A DNA stretch of 64,000 nucleotides, from sequence record OP197928; one strand, given 5' to 3'. Within the stretch, counting starts at the first letter, position 1; each line of letters begins with the position of its first letter. A model generated the notes under the pieces. It was not told the origin of the DNA. It saw only the letters and a list, made by a program, of their open reading frames with translations, and ran no database searches. Position numbers and translations under genes: made by a program. This document shows positions 10,921 to 21,158 of the stretch, piece after piece. The stretch is from Shigella phage A2.

Positions 10921-12342
10921 TTATGGATAGGTATAGATGATACCAGTTTCTAAAGCAGTTTTATGAATGATGTATCCATTACGTGATTCTTGAACATCAA
11001 CTTCTGGATAGTCTTTCATCATCTTCTGAAGCGTATAACGATGCAAGTAGTATTTACTATCTGGATCGTCAGTTTTCCAATCTTTACCTTCTTCGGTCAT
11101 TTTTTGGATTTCATCCATAACCCACCAACCACACCAGATGTAAGCTGAAGTACGATGTGGAAGAGGATGAACATAAGGTAATTCACCTTCTGGCTCTGGA
11201 GCAACTTTATCAGTTACCTGAACTTGACCTTCCGCCGTAATAGTTTTGCTATCATAATCAGCAGCAGCAGTAACAGTTGCAGTAACTTCAATAGTTTGAC
11301 TTCCAATAGATGAGGTATCAACGGTATATACATTAGTTGACCCTTCTACAGGAGAAGAATCTTTCTTCCATGAATACGCAATTTGCGCTTCTTCTGGAGC
11401 ATCAGTGACATTAGCAGTAAATGTAGCCGAAGCATCTTGTTGAACGTTAATAGAAGGAGGAGTCAATGTAACCTGTGGATTCATTGTCTTCTTATTAACT
11501 GTTAATGATACTTCATTCGAAGTAACTTCCTTTTCATTGTAATTTTCAGCAGTTACTTGGGCTACGCATTTAATTCTTTTTACTCCACTTGTAGTTGGAG
11601 TATAGCTAAATGTAGAGTTAGTTTCTCCACCAACTTGTGAATCATCTACATACCACTGATACGTAGCAGATGCTCCATCAGGTTGAGAAGCTAAGGCAGC
11701 AGTAAATTGAACTGGTGTTCCAATTACTCCAGCTGAAGGACTATCGGGAGTTACTGCCAAAGTAGTTGTCTGTGTCTTTTTATTAACAGTCAATGACACT
11801 TCATTAGAAGTAACTTCTTTTGCATCATAATCTGTCGCGGTTACTTGAGCCACACACTTGATTGTTTTAACTCCGCTTGTGTCAGGAGTGTAATTGAATG
11901 TAGCGCTAGTCGCTTCGCTCACAGGAGAACCGTCAACGTACCATTGATACGTAGCAGATGCGCCTGATGGCTGCGAAGCCAAAGCAGCGGTAAATTCAAC
12001 AGCTGTTCCGATTACTCCTTCCGGAGGACTATTAGGAGTTACGGCTAAGGTAGTCGTCTGTGTCTTATTTTGAACTGTGATAGTTGTACTAATTTCAGCT
12101 GTTTCGGGACTACTATCGGCAACTTGATTTGTTGCAACTACTTTAATAGTCTTTTGACCGGCAGGTCCTTTTAATACATAACTAAAAGTTGCTTCAGCTC
12201 CATCTTGTGGAACATCATCAACAGTCCAAGCATATGTAATAGGTCCATCTCCAGTTTGACCACTGGGCGTAGCAGTAAACTGCTGAGTCTGATCTATAAC
12301 TCCAGTAGGTGTTTTAGGAGTTATATCAACTGTAAAAGCCAT
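10921..12342 (-). CDS. hoc: Highly immunogenic outer capsid protein Hoc, with one extra Ig-like domain
   Basis: 473 aa; N- and C-terminal regions match recalled T4 Hoc (376 aa); two tandem about 96-aa Ig-like repeats. Confidence 0.9.
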   Translation of the reverse strand: MAFTVDITPKTPTGVIDQTQQFTATPSGQTGDGPITYAWTVDDVPQDGAEATFSYVLKGPAGQKTIKVVATNQVADSSPETAEISTTITVQNKTQTTTLAVTPNSPPEGVIGTAVEFTAALASQPSGASATYQWYVDGSPVSEATSATFNYTPDTSGVKTIKCVAQVTATDYDAKEVTSNEVSLTVNKKTQTTTLAVTPDSPSAGVIGTPVQFTAALASQPDGASATYQWYVDDSQVGGETNSTFSYTPTTSGVKRIKCVAQVTAENYNEKEVTSNEVSLTVNKKTMNPQVTLTPPSINVQQDASATFTANVTDAPEEAQIAYSWKKDSSPVEGSTNVYTVDTSSIGSQTIEVTATVTAAADYDSKTITAEGQVQVTDKVAPEPEGELPYVHPLPHRTSAYIWCGWWVMDEIQKMTEEGKDWKTDDPDSKYYLHRYTLQKMMKDYPEVDVQESRNGYIIHKTALETGIIYTYP

Positions 12343-12351
12343 AAGTTATCC

Positions 12352-13032
12352 TTATTTTAATGTTACGAAAGAAGAATTGCGTGTTTCACGAATTAAAACT
12401 GATCCGTCACGGTTAATGTAATAAATTAAGCTAAATAATGTTTGGTGTGCAGAAGCATGCTCAAAACTAGTTGGGTGAGATTTCCAATCCGGAGTTTCAG
12501 CGATCCATTGATAAATCCACCAAGGAACAGTACAGAATCCTGGATTTTTTCCAATCAACTGAAGATTCGGGCTAAAGTTTTCCGGAAGAGTAAATACAGA
12601 CGGCTTTTCAGATTCAATAATCTCAGCTACAGCCTGTTCGAATTTTTCTTCAACAAAAGGAGTATCTTCAATCAAAACATCGGTATTTTCAGGAATTTTA
12701 TCCGTTTCTACTACTTCAATTTTAATGTCAGATTTAACTGGAGAATCAATCAAAAGTGCTGCTTCTGGATTGACTTCTTCATCGTCATATTTTAATCCCT
12801 CTGCAGCATCAGCAGCATCAATTAAGTCTTTAATAGATAACCCATCAGTCTCTGGCATAGGTTCACTAGCGAGCTTCTGGAGGGCTTCTTCAATATCAAC
12901 AACGATATTATCAAAAGATTTATTCTTTTTGACCTTTATACCAAACTGTTCAGCATATTCAGCTAATTTAGCTTTAGCTTCTTTATTATCATCAAGAGCC
13001 TTCAGCTCTGCAATATAATCTTTATCTATCAT
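12352..13032 (-). CDS. inh: Inh, inhibitor of prohead protease gp21
   Basis: 226 aa, T4 Inh size and hoc-inh-uvsW position. Confidence 0.75.
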   Translation of the reverse strand: MIDKDYIAELKALDDNKEAKAKLAEYAEQFGIKVKKNKSFDNIVVDIEEALQKLASEPMPETDGLSIKDLIDAADAAEGLKYDDEEVNPEAALLIDSPVKSDIKIEVVETDKIPENTDVLIEDTPFVEEKFEQAVAEIIESEKPSVFTLPENFSPNLQLIGKNPGFCTVPWWIYQWIAETPDWKSHPTSFEHASAHQTLFSLIYYINRDGSVLIRETRNSSFVTLK

Positions 13033-13045
13033 AATATTTCCTCAG

Positions 13046-13053
13046 TATAAATA
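13046..13053 (+). promoter_or_regulatory. T4-type late promoter box TATAAATA upstream of uvsW
   Basis: Exact TATAAATA 30 nt upstream of uvsW ATG 13083. Confidence 0.55.
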
Positions 13054-13082
13054 TAGATATATTTATTACATGGTATTTAGAC

Positions 13083-14594
13083 ATGACTGACATTAAAGTA
13101 CATTTTTATGATTTTAGTCACGTGAGAATTGATTGTGAAGAAAGTACATTTCATGAACTCCGTGATTTCTTTAGCTTTGAAGCTGATGGGTATCGTTTTA
13201 ATCCGAAATACAAATATGGCCACTGGGATGGACGAATCCGTCTTTTAGATTATAATCGTCTTCTTCCATTCGGCTTAGTCGGGCAAATTAAAAAGTTCTG
13301 TGATAACTTTGGCTATAAAGCCTGGATTGACCCACAAATTAACGAAAAAGAAGAATTATCAAGAAAAGATTTTGATGAATGGCTTTCTAAATTAGAAATC
13401 TATTCAGGAAATAAAAGAATTGAACCACACTGGTATCAAAAAGATGCAGTGTTCGAAGGATTAGTCAATCGTCGTAGAATTCTTAATCTTCCAACATCCG
13501 CTGGTAAATCGTTAATTCAAGCTTTGCTTGCGCGATATTATTTGGAAAATTATGAAGGTAAAATTCTTATCATTGTTCCAACAACTGCTCTAACAACTCA
13601 GATGGCTGATGACTTCGTTGACTATCGTTTATTCAGTCATGCAATGATAAAGAAAATTGGTGGCGGAGCATCAAAAGATGATAAATATAAAAATGATGCA
13701 CCAGTCGTTGTTGGTACATGGCAAACTGTAGTAAAACAACCGAAAGAATGGTTCTCACAGTTTGGAATGATGATGAATGATGAATGCCATCTTGCTACAG
13801 GAAAAAGTATTTCATCTATCATATCAGGTTTAAATAACTGTATGTTTAAATTTGGTTTGTCTGGTTCATTACGTGATGGCAAAGCTAATATCATGCAGTA
13901 TGTTGGAATGTTTGGTGAAATATTTAAGCCAGTAACGACCTCTAAATTAATGGAAGATGGACAAGTAACTGAGTTAAAAATTAATAGTATTTTTCTTCGC
14001 TATCCCGATGAGTTCACTACTAAATTAAAGGGAAAAACTTACCAAGAAGAAATAAAAATTATTACGGGGCTTAGTAAAAGAAATAAATGGATCGCTAAAT
14101 TAGCTATTAAGCTTGCGCAAAAAGATGAAAACGCTTTTGTCATGTTTAAGCATGTATCACATGGTAAAGCTATTTTCGATTTAATTAAAAATGAATACGA
14201 TAAAGTTTATTACGTATCAGGGGAAGTTGATACCGAAACCCGCAATATAATGAAAACCTTAGCTGAAAACGGTAAAGGAATAATTATAGTAGCTAGTTAT
14301 GGTGTATTTTCTACTGGTATTTCAGTTAAAAATCTGCATCACGTTGTTTTAGCACACGGTGTTAAATCTAAAATTATTGTATTGCAAACAATAGGTCGCG
14401 TATTACGTAAGCATGGTTCTAAAACAATCGCAACAGTCTGGGACCTCATCGATGATTGTGGTGTTAAGCCAAAATCTGCTAATACGAAAAAGAAATATGT
14501 TCATTTGAACTATCTTTTAAAACACGGCATTGATCGTATTCAGCGCTACGCAGATGAAAAATTTAATTACGTAATGAAAACAGTTAATTTATAA
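13083..14594 (+). CDS. uvsW: UvsW ATP-dependent DNA/RNA helicase
   Basis: 503 aa; Walker A (PTSAGKS), DEAH-like (NDECH), helicase motif VI region; matches T4 UvsW. Confidence 0.95.
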   Translation: MTDIKVHFYDFSHVRIDCEESTFHELRDFFSFEADGYRFNPKYKYGHWDGRIRLLDYNRLLPFGLVGQIKKFCDNFGYKAWIDPQINEKEELSRKDFDEWLSKLEIYSGNKRIEPHWYQKDAVFEGLVNRRRILNLPTSAGKSLIQALLARYYLENYEGKILIIVPTTALTTQMADDFVDYRLFSHAMIKKIGGGASKDDKYKNDAPVVVGTWQTVVKQPKEWFSQFGMMMNDECHLATGKSISSIISGLNNCMFKFGLSGSLRDGKANIMQYVGMFGEIFKPVTTSKLMEDGQVTELKINSIFLRYPDEFTTKLKGKTYQEEIKIITGLSKRNKWIAKLAIKLAQKDENAFVMFKHVSHGKAIFDLIKNEYDKVYYVSGEVDTETRNIMKTLAENGKGIIIVASYGVFSTGISVKNLHHVVLAHGVKSKIIVLQTIGRVLRKHGSKTIATVWDLIDDCGVKPKSANTKKKYVHLNYLLKHGIDRIQRYADEKFNYVMKTVNL

Positions 14595-14619
14595 GGGCTT
14601 CGGCCCTTTGGAGAAAAAG

Positions 14620-14850
14620 ATGTTACTAGAATTTAAACAATTTCTTTATGAAGCTTCTATTGATGAATTTATGGGTAAAATTGCCTCTTGTCAAACGATA
14701 GAAGGTCTAGAAGAACTTGAAGCTTATTATAAGAAAAGAGTTAAAGAAACTGAATTAAAAGATACTGATGACATCTCAGTCAGAGATGCTTTGGCAGGAA
14801 AAAGAGCTGAATTAGAAGATTCAGACGATGAAGTAGAAGAAAGTTTTTAA
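14620..14850 (+). CDS. uvsW.1: UvsW.1 small acidic protein
   Basis: ORF track starts at TTG 14608; ATG 14620 preceded by GGAG gives 76 aa, the recalled T4 UvsW.1 size. Confidence 0.7.
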   Translation: MLLEFKQFLYEASIDEFMGKIASCQTIEGLEELEAYYKKRVKETELKDTDDISVRDALAGKRAELEDSDDEVEESF

Positions 14851-14905
14851 ATTAAAAAAGGCCCAACCAAAAAGGAAGGGCCAAAACTATAGACTAAAGG
14901 TCACA

Positions 14906-15073
14906 CTATAGCAAAAGTTGTGTTTCATTTAATTGTTCTTCCGAACTTTCTGAAACTGGTAGTTCTTTAATGTAATTATAACAAGGCCCAGGATGTACAG
15001 GACCTTTGTCTGTTTCAACAACCAATGCAGAATCGATTGGAGTTTTACAGACAACGCAAATCTTATCTGACAT
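14906..15073 (-). CDS. Hypothetical 55-aa protein (T4 uvsY.-2 position)
   Basis: ORF below the 60-aa track cut-off, found by hand: GAGGAG SD then ATG; MSDKICVVCKTPIDS...; Cys-x2-Cys plus a distal Cys. Confidence 0.5.
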   Translation of the reverse strand: MSDKICVVCKTPIDSALVVETDKGPVHPGPCYNYIKELPVSESSEEQLNETQLLL

Positions 15074-15098
15074 GATTGTCTCCTCTGAATTATATATC

Positions 15099-15106
15099 TA
15101 TTTATA
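15099..15106 (-). promoter_or_regulatory. Possible late promoter TATAAATA (minus strand)
   Basis: Plus-strand TATTTATA, i.e. TATAAATA on minus, 26 nt upstream of the 55-aa ORF. Confidence 0.35.
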
Positions 15107-15196
15107 ACCCCATCTTAAAGCGCATTTCTTGTACACGCTTTAAACATGCTTCCATTTCTGCTAAAAGTCTAAATACTTCTTTATAATTTGTCATAT

Positions 15197-15424
15197 TTAC
15201 CCCATATCTCTCATATGCATATCAATGCCCATATCTTTAGAATAAAAATATTCATCAAGATATCCGGCAAATTTTCCTTTAATATAAAGGACATCTTCAC
15301 CACACGGGTGGTCGGCCAGAATACGAATATCCTGACGCTTAAGATTATGCTTTTTCATTAAGAATTGAATCTCAGTTTCAAATTCTTCTTCATAATTAAA
15401 AGCATCATCAATGCTATATCTCAT
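15197..15424 (-). CDS. Hypothetical protein (T4 uvsY.-1 position)
   Basis: 75-aa ORF immediately downstream of uvsY with overlapping stop/start. Confidence 0.6.
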   Translation of the reverse strand: MRYSIDDAFNYEEEFETEIQFLMKKHNLKRQDIRILADHPCGEDVLYIKGKFAGYLDEYFYSKDMGIDMHMRDMG

Positions 15425-15837
15425 TATTTTCCAGCCTCAAATGCTCGCATGTCTTGAATATGCTTAATAGCAAATCCGCGTGATTTGATAGCATCAAGAG
15501 CTCCGCTACAGAAATCCAATAAAATTCCCCAATATTGCAATGAAGTATCAACTTTTAAAACATCCTTATCAGCTGATAGAACTGTCTTCATTTCTGATTT
15601 CTCATAACGGTCCATACTAAATTCATCACCATCTCCTCGTCCCGAGTAGTAGTCTAATTTAGCTTTAAGAGCAACTTTTTTCTGTGCATCAATTCTAAGC
15701 ATTTCCTTTTTAATACTTGAATGCTTATTGAGCCATTTACTATATAACATCACATTATTAGCTGCTTCATACTGTAATTTAGTCGAATCTATAAACACAT
15801 CTTTCTTCAATTCTTCTTGAAGATCTTCTAATTTCAT
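15424..15837 (-). CDS. uvsY: UvsY recombination mediator protein
   Basis: 137 aa, matches recalled T4 UvsY. Confidence 0.95.
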   Translation of the reverse strand: MKLEDLQEELKKDVFIDSTKLQYEAANNVMLYSKWLNKHSSIKKEMLRIDAQKKVALKAKLDYYSGRGDGDEFSMDRYEKSEMKTVLSADKDVLKVDTSLQYWGILLDFCSGALDAIKSRGFAIKHIQDMRAFEAGK

Positions 15838-15903
15838 ATTGTTCTCTATTCAATTGTTATTGGATGGACTTAGATTCATTATACCACGTTTATACGTGAA
15901 GCA

Positions 15904-16302
15904 TTATACTCTGTTACTGGAAGCCAGTTGTAGTTTTATCTGCTCGATATCATCAGGGTTATCGATGACTGAAAAGCGTATTTCTACTATCAGAGTATAA
16001 TCATCATAAACCGGTATTACATTAACTGCTAATTTATCAATACGTGGCTCGTAGTTTCTTACTGCGCTTTCAATGTTACGCTCAACAGTATCAGCAGTAA
16101 GAGGAGTCATATTCTCAAAAAGCTGATCAGATAAATCGCATCCAAATTCTGGGTCAAATGGCCTTGACCCTTTCCTGGTTGTAATAATTCCCAAAAGGCT
16201 ATTTTTAATTGACCTTAATCCAAGAGATCTGGAAACGTCTTTGTCCCAATCCATTTTCATTTCTGGGTCAATGTCAGAATAAAGCTTATTAATATTTGCC
16301 AT
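15904..16302 (-). CDS. 25: Baseplate wedge protein gp25
   Basis: 132 aa, T4 gp25 size and sequence. Confidence 0.93.
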   Translation of the reverse strand: MANINKLYSDIDPEMKMDWDKDVSRSLGLRSIKNSLLGIITTRKGSRPFDPEFGCDLSDQLFENMTPLTADTVERNIESAVRNYEPRIDKLAVNVIPVYDDYTLIVEIRFSVIDNPDDIEQIKLQLASSNRV

Positions 16303-16928
16303 TACAATAGCTCAAAGAATTCTTTGAGTCCTCTTATTACATGAGCGTGAGTTTTTCCACACTCTGGACACTTAATTGGAACAGCCAAATAAACAGTAGG
16401 CTTTAAAAGCATATCTTTTATAGCTACAATATCTGACTCTGTGATGATAGAATATAAATCTTCCAACTCTTTTTCATTTAAGTCTTCAATTGGAATGCTT
16501 TCACCGTTAGCATGAATCGTTTCTATACATGATACTATCATGTGGGCTATATTTTTATCATCAAAAATTTTAGGGTAATGGAACTTAATTTTAATGTCAC
16601 CCAGTGTATACCAGAGGTCTTCTGGTGCATCTATTTGTGTATGTAATAGATTTATATGGGTTGGTATTTCAGTTCCGCAGGTGCACTTCCAGGAGTTTTC
16701 GTGATTAACTTCTCCAAGAGAATGTGCCCATAAATGAATCAATAGTAGTTCTGATTCTTGGCGGTTTAAATCTTTTGCATTTGTGCATTCTTTAATTAGC
16801 TTTTTAACGATCTCTTCTACTGAACCGTTCTTTTTAGCAGTAATAAGTTCTAGATATTCTTTAAGAGTAAATGCGCGACAGTTGATTATTTTAGAACCAA
16901 CTCTCACATCAAATTTGTATTCATACAT
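16302..16928 (-). CDS. 26: Baseplate hub protein gp26
   Basis: 208 aa, T4 gp26 size; divergent from gene 51. Confidence 0.88.
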   Translation of the reverse strand: MYEYKFDVRVGSKIINCRAFTLKEYLELITAKKNGSVEEIVKKLIKECTNAKDLNRQESELLLIHLWAHSLGEVNHENSWKCTCGTEIPTHINLLHTQIDAPEDLWYTLGDIKIKFHYPKIFDDKNIAHMIVSCIETIHANGESIPIEDLNEKELEDLYSIITESDIVAIKDMLLKPTVYLAVPIKCPECGKTHAHVIRGLKEFFELL

Positions 16929-16949
16929 ATTTAGCTCCTTTATTTATCA

Positions 16950-16961
16950 TATTTATAAATA
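16950..16961. promoter_or_regulatory. Overlapping divergent late promoters for genes 26 (minus) and 51 (plus)
   Basis: TATTTATAAATA: TATAAATA on plus at 16954..16961 and on minus at 16957..16950. Confidence 0.6.
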
Positions 16962-16978
16962 GAATAAAAGGAGCATCT

Positions 16979-17728
16979 ATGGCAAACATTATTCGTTGTA
17001 AATTACCAGATGGTGTTCATCGTTTTAAACCATTTACGGTAGAAGATTATCGAGATTTTTTGTTAGTTCGAAACGATATAGAACATCGGTCACCACAAGA
17101 ACAAAAAGAAATAATTACTGATTTAATTGATGATTATTTTGGAGACTATCCGAAGACTTGGCAACCATTTATATTTTTGCAGGTATTTGTAGGTTCAATA
17201 GGTAAAACTAAAGTACCGGTCACATTTGTATGTCCAAAATGTAAAAAAGAAAAGACAGTTCCATTTGAAATATATCAAAAAGAATTAAAGGAACCTGTTT
17301 TTGATGTAGCTAATGTTAAAATTAAATTAAAGTTTCCTTCTGAGTTTTATGAAAATAAAGCAAAGATGATTACTGAAAATATTCATTCTGTTCAAGTAGA
17401 TGAAATGTGGTATGATTGGAATGAAATTAGCGAATCAAGTCAAATAGAACTTGTTGATGCCATCGAGATAGAAACATTAGAAAAAATTCTCGATGCAATG
17501 AATCCTATTAATTTAACATTGCATATGTCATGCTGTAATAAGTACATTAAAAAATACACTGATATAGTAGATGTGTTTAAGCTATTAGTTAACCCAGATG
17601 AAATATTTACTTTTTATCAAATTAATCACACACTCGTAAAAAGTAATTATAGCTTAAATTCAATAATGAAAATGATTCCTGCTGAGCGCGGATTCGTATT
17701 AAAACTGATTGAGAAGGATAAACAATAA
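16979..17728 (+). CDS. 51: Baseplate hub assembly protein gp51
   Basis: 249 aa, T4 gp51 size and position. Confidence 0.88.
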   Translation: MANIIRCKLPDGVHRFKPFTVEDYRDFLLVRNDIEHRSPQEQKEIITDLIDDYFGDYPKTWQPFIFLQVFVGSIGKTKVPVTFVCPKCKKEKTVPFEIYQKELKEPVFDVANVKIKLKFPSEFYENKAKMITENIHSVQVDEMWYDWNEISESSQIELVDAIEIETLEKILDAMNPINLTLHMSCCNKYIKKYTDIVDVFKLLVNPDEIFTFYQINHTLVKSNYSLNSIMKMIPAERGFVLKLIEKDKQ

Positions 17729-18903
17729 TGAGTATGTTGCAACGCCCCGGATATCCAAATCTCAGCGTTAAATTATTTGATAGCTACGACGCTTGGAGTA
17801 ATAATAGATTTGTTGAATTAGCTGCTACTATTACTACATTAACTATGCGGGATTCTCTTTATGGCCGAAATGAAGGAATGCTGCAGTTTTATGATTCTAA
17901 AAACATCCATACAAAAATGGATGGAAATGAAATAATTCAGATTTCTGTAGCTAATGCAAACGATATTAATAATGTTAAAACACGAATTTATGGATGCAAG
18001 CATTTTTCCGTGTCAGTAGATTCAAAAGGCGATAACATCATTGCTATTGAATTGGGAACTATTCATTCTATAGAAAATCTTAAATTTGGTAGACCATTTT
18101 TCCCTGATGCAGGTGAATCTATAAAAGAAATGCTTGGTGTCATTTATCAAGATCGCACATTATTAACTCCAGCAATAAATGCTATAAATGCTTATGTTCC
18201 TGATATTCCATGGACTAGCACATTTGAAAACTATTTGTCATATGTAAGAGAAGTTGCTCTAGCTGTAGGAAGCGACAAATTTGTATTTGTATGGCAAGAC
18301 ATCATGGGAGTTAACATGATGGACTATGATATGATGATAAATCAAGAACCATATCCAATGATTGTCGGTGAGCCATCTTTAATAGGTCAATTTGTCCAAG
18401 AATTAAAATATCCATTAGCATATGATTTCGTTTGGTTGACTAAATCGAATCCTCACAAACGTGACCCAATGAAAAATGCTACTATCTATGCTCATTCATT
18501 TTTAGATTCTTCATTGCCAATGATTACTACGGGAAAGGGCGAAAACTCTATTGTAGTGTCAAGGTCAGGTGCTTATTCTGAAATGACTTATAGGAATGGA
18601 TATGAAGAAGCTATTCGTCTTCAAACTATGGCACAATATGACGGCTATGCTAAATGTTCTACTGTCGGTAATTTTAACTTGACTCCTGGTGTTAAAATTA
18701 TTTTTAATGATAGTAAAAACCAATTTAAAACAGAATTTTACGTTGATGAAGTTATCCACGAATTATCTAATAATAATTCAGTAACTCATCTATATATGTT
18801 CACTAATGCAACGAAACTGGAAACAATAGACCCAGTTAAGGTTAAAAATGAATTTAAATCTGATACTACCACTGAAGAAAGTAGTTCTTCCAATAAGCAA
18901 TAA
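17728..18903 (+). CDS. 27: Baseplate hub protein gp27
   Basis: 391 aa, T4 gp27 size. Confidence 0.93.
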   Translation: MSMLQRPGYPNLSVKLFDSYDAWSNNRFVELAATITTLTMRDSLYGRNEGMLQFYDSKNIHTKMDGNEIIQISVANANDINNVKTRIYGCKHFSVSVDSKGDNIIAIELGTIHSIENLKFGRPFFPDAGESIKEMLGVIYQDRTLLTPAINAINAYVPDIPWTSTFENYLSYVREVALAVGSDKFVFVWQDIMGVNMMDYDMMINQEPYPMIVGEPSLIGQFVQELKYPLAYDFVWLTKSNPHKRDPMKNATIYAHSFLDSSLPMITTGKGENSIVVSRSGAYSEMTYRNGYEEAIRLQTMAQYDGYAKCSTVGNFNLTPGVKIIFNDSKNQFKTEFYVDEVIHELSNNNSVTHLYMFTNATKLETIDPVKVKNEFKSDTTTEESSSSNKQ

Positions 18904-19381
18904 AGAAGTTTCTATTCCTAAAATGGGTCTTAAACATTATAACATTTTAAAAGATGTTAAAGGTCCTGACGAAAATTTAAAACTTCTTATTGATTCTATT
19001 TGTCCGAATTTATCACCAGCAGAAGTTGATTTCGTTTCTATTCATTTATTGGAATTTAATGGAAAGATTAAATCTCGTAAAGAAATAGATGGTTATACTT
19101 ATGACATTAATGATGTTTATGTATGCCAAAGATTGGAATTTCAATACCAAGGAAATACATTTTATTTTAGACCTCCTGGAAAATTTGAACAATTTTTAAC
19201 GGTGAGCGATATGTTATCCAAATGCTTGCTTAAGGTCAATGATGAAGTTAAAGAAATTAATTTTCTTGAGATGCCAGCATTCGTTTTAAAATGGGCAAAT
19301 GATATTTTTACAACTTTAGCAATTCCTGGCCCTAATGGTCCAATAACCGGAATTGGCAATATTATTGGATTATTTGAATGA
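18848..19381 (+). CDS. 28: Baseplate hub distal protein gp28
   Basis: 177 aa; start lies 56 nt inside gene 27 in another frame. Confidence 0.8.
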   Translation: MNLNLILPLKKVVLPISNKEVSIPKMGLKHYNILKDVKGPDENLKLLIDSICPNLSPAEVDFVSIHLLEFNGKIKSRKEIDGYTYDINDVYVCQRLEFQYQGNTFYFRPPGKFEQFLTVSDMLSKCLLKVNDEVKEINFLEMPAFVLKWANDIFTTLAIPGPNGPITGIGNIIGLFE

Positions 19382-21150
19382 AAAAGCCACAAGAAATGCA
19401 AACGATGCGTAGAAAAGTTATTTCAGATAATAAACCAACACAGGAAGCGGCTAAATCCGCTTCTAACACTTTATCTGGACTTAACGATATATCTACGAAA
19501 TTGGATGATGCTCAAGCTGCTTCTGAATTAATTGCTCAAACTGTCGAAGAAAAATCGAATGAAATAATTGGAGCAATTGACAATGTAGAAAGCGCAGTGA
19601 GTGATACTACTGCTGGTTCTGAGTTAATTGCTGAAACTGTCGAAATTGGCAATAATATTAATAAAGAAATCGGTGAATCGCTCGGGAGCAAATTAGATAA
19701 ATTAACAAGTTTACTAGAGCAAAAAATTCAGACAGCTGGAATTCAACAAACAGGAACTAGTTTAGCTACGGTTGAAAGCGCTATTCCTGTTAAAGTTGTT
19801 GAGGACGATACAGCTGAATCTGTGGGTCCTTTATTACCGGCTCCTGAAGCAGTTAATAATGATCCTGATGCTGATTTTTTCCCTACCCCTCAGCCAGTTG
19901 AACCTAAACAAGAATCGCCAGAAGAAAAACAGAAAAAAGACGCATTTAACTTAAAATTATCTCAAGCTTTAGATAAATTAACAAAGACTGTTGATTTCGG
20001 ATTTAAGAAATCTATTTCAATTACTGATAAAATATCAAGCATGCTATTTAAGTATACCGTCAGTGCTGCTATTGAAGCTGCTAAAATGACTGCAATGATA
20101 TTGGCTGTTGTTGTTGGAATAGACCTGTTGATGGTTCATTTCAAATATTGGTCAGATAAATTTTCACAGGCATGGGATTTATTTAGTACAGACTTTACTA
20201 AATTCTCTAGCGAAACCGGAACATGGGGTCCTTTATTACAGAGCATCTTTAGTTCTATTGATGAAATTAAAAAATTCTGGGAAGAGGGAGATTGGGGCGG
20301 TTTGACGGTAGCTATTGTAGAAGGGCTTGGAAAGGTTCTTTATAATTTAGGAGAACTTATTCAGCTTGGAATGGCTAAATTATCTGCTGCAATTCTTCGA
20401 GTCATTCCTGGCATGAAGGATACCGCTGATGAAGTAGAAGGAAGAGCACTAGAAAATTTCCAAAATTCTACTGGAGCATCTCTCAATAAAGAAGACCAGG
20501 AAAAAGTTGCAAATTATCAAGATAAACGAATGAACGGAGACCTTGGTCCGATAGCAAAAGGATTAGATAAAATTGCTAATTGGAAAACTCGTGCATCTAA
20601 CTGGATTCGTGGCGTTGATAATAAAGAAGCACTAACTACCGACGAAGAACGCGCAGCAGAAGAAGAAAAATTAAAGCAACTTTCACCAGAAGAAAGAAAA
20701 AATGCTTTAATGAAGGCTAATGAAGCTCGGGCCGCGATGATTCGTTTTGAAAAATATGCTGATTCAGCTGATATGAGTAAAGACTCAACGGTTAAATCAG
20801 TTGAAGCTGCCTATGAAGACCTTAAAAAACGGATGGATGACCCGGATTTAAATAATTCACCGGCAGTTAAAAAAGAACTTGCTGCTAGATTTTCTAAAAT
20901 TGATGCTACTTATCAAGAGCTCAAGAAAAATCAGCCTAATGCCAAACCTGAAACTTCTGCTAAATCGCCAGAAGCAAAACAAGTCCAGGTAATAGAAAAG
21001 AACAAAGCACAGCAAGCTCCTGTTCAACAAGCATCTCCTTCGATCAATAATACTAATAATGTTGTTAAGAAAAATACTGTCGTTCATAATATGACACCCG
21101 TAACGAGCACGACTGCTCCTGGTGTATTTGACGCGACTGGAGTTAATTAA
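19378..21150 (+). CDS. 29: Baseplate hub / tail length determinator gp29
   Basis: 590 aa, T4 gp29 size and position. Confidence 0.9.
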   Translation: MKKPQEMQTMRRKVISDNKPTQEAAKSASNTLSGLNDISTKLDDAQAASELIAQTVEEKSNEIIGAIDNVESAVSDTTAGSELIAETVEIGNNINKEIGESLGSKLDKLTSLLEQKIQTAGIQQTGTSLATVESAIPVKVVEDDTAESVGPLLPAPEAVNNDPDADFFPTPQPVEPKQESPEEKQKKDAFNLKLSQALDKLTKTVDFGFKKSISITDKISSMLFKYTVSAAIEAAKMTAMILAVVVGIDLLMVHFKYWSDKFSQAWDLFSTDFTKFSSETGTWGPLLQSIFSSIDEIKKFWEEGDWGGLTVAIVEGLGKVLYNLGELIQLGMAKLSAAILRVIPGMKDTADEVEGRALENFQNSTGASLNKEDQEKVANYQDKRMNGDLGPIAKGLDKIANWKTRASNWIRGVDNKEALTTDEERAAEEEKLKQLSPEERKNALMKANEARAAMIRFEKYADSADMSKDSTVKSVEAAYEDLKKRMDDPDLNNSPAVKKELAARFSKIDATYQELKKNQPNAKPETSAKSPEAKQVQVIEKNKAQQAPVQQASPSINNTNNVVKKNTVVHNMTPVTSTTAPGVFDATGVN

Positions 21151-21158
21151 GGAATAAT

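Noticed and set aside
15102-15194. 30-aa ORF between uvsY.-1 and uvsY.-2
   Set aside because: Very short, weak start context, and the segment is better explained as the late-promoter/leader region of the downstream ORF.
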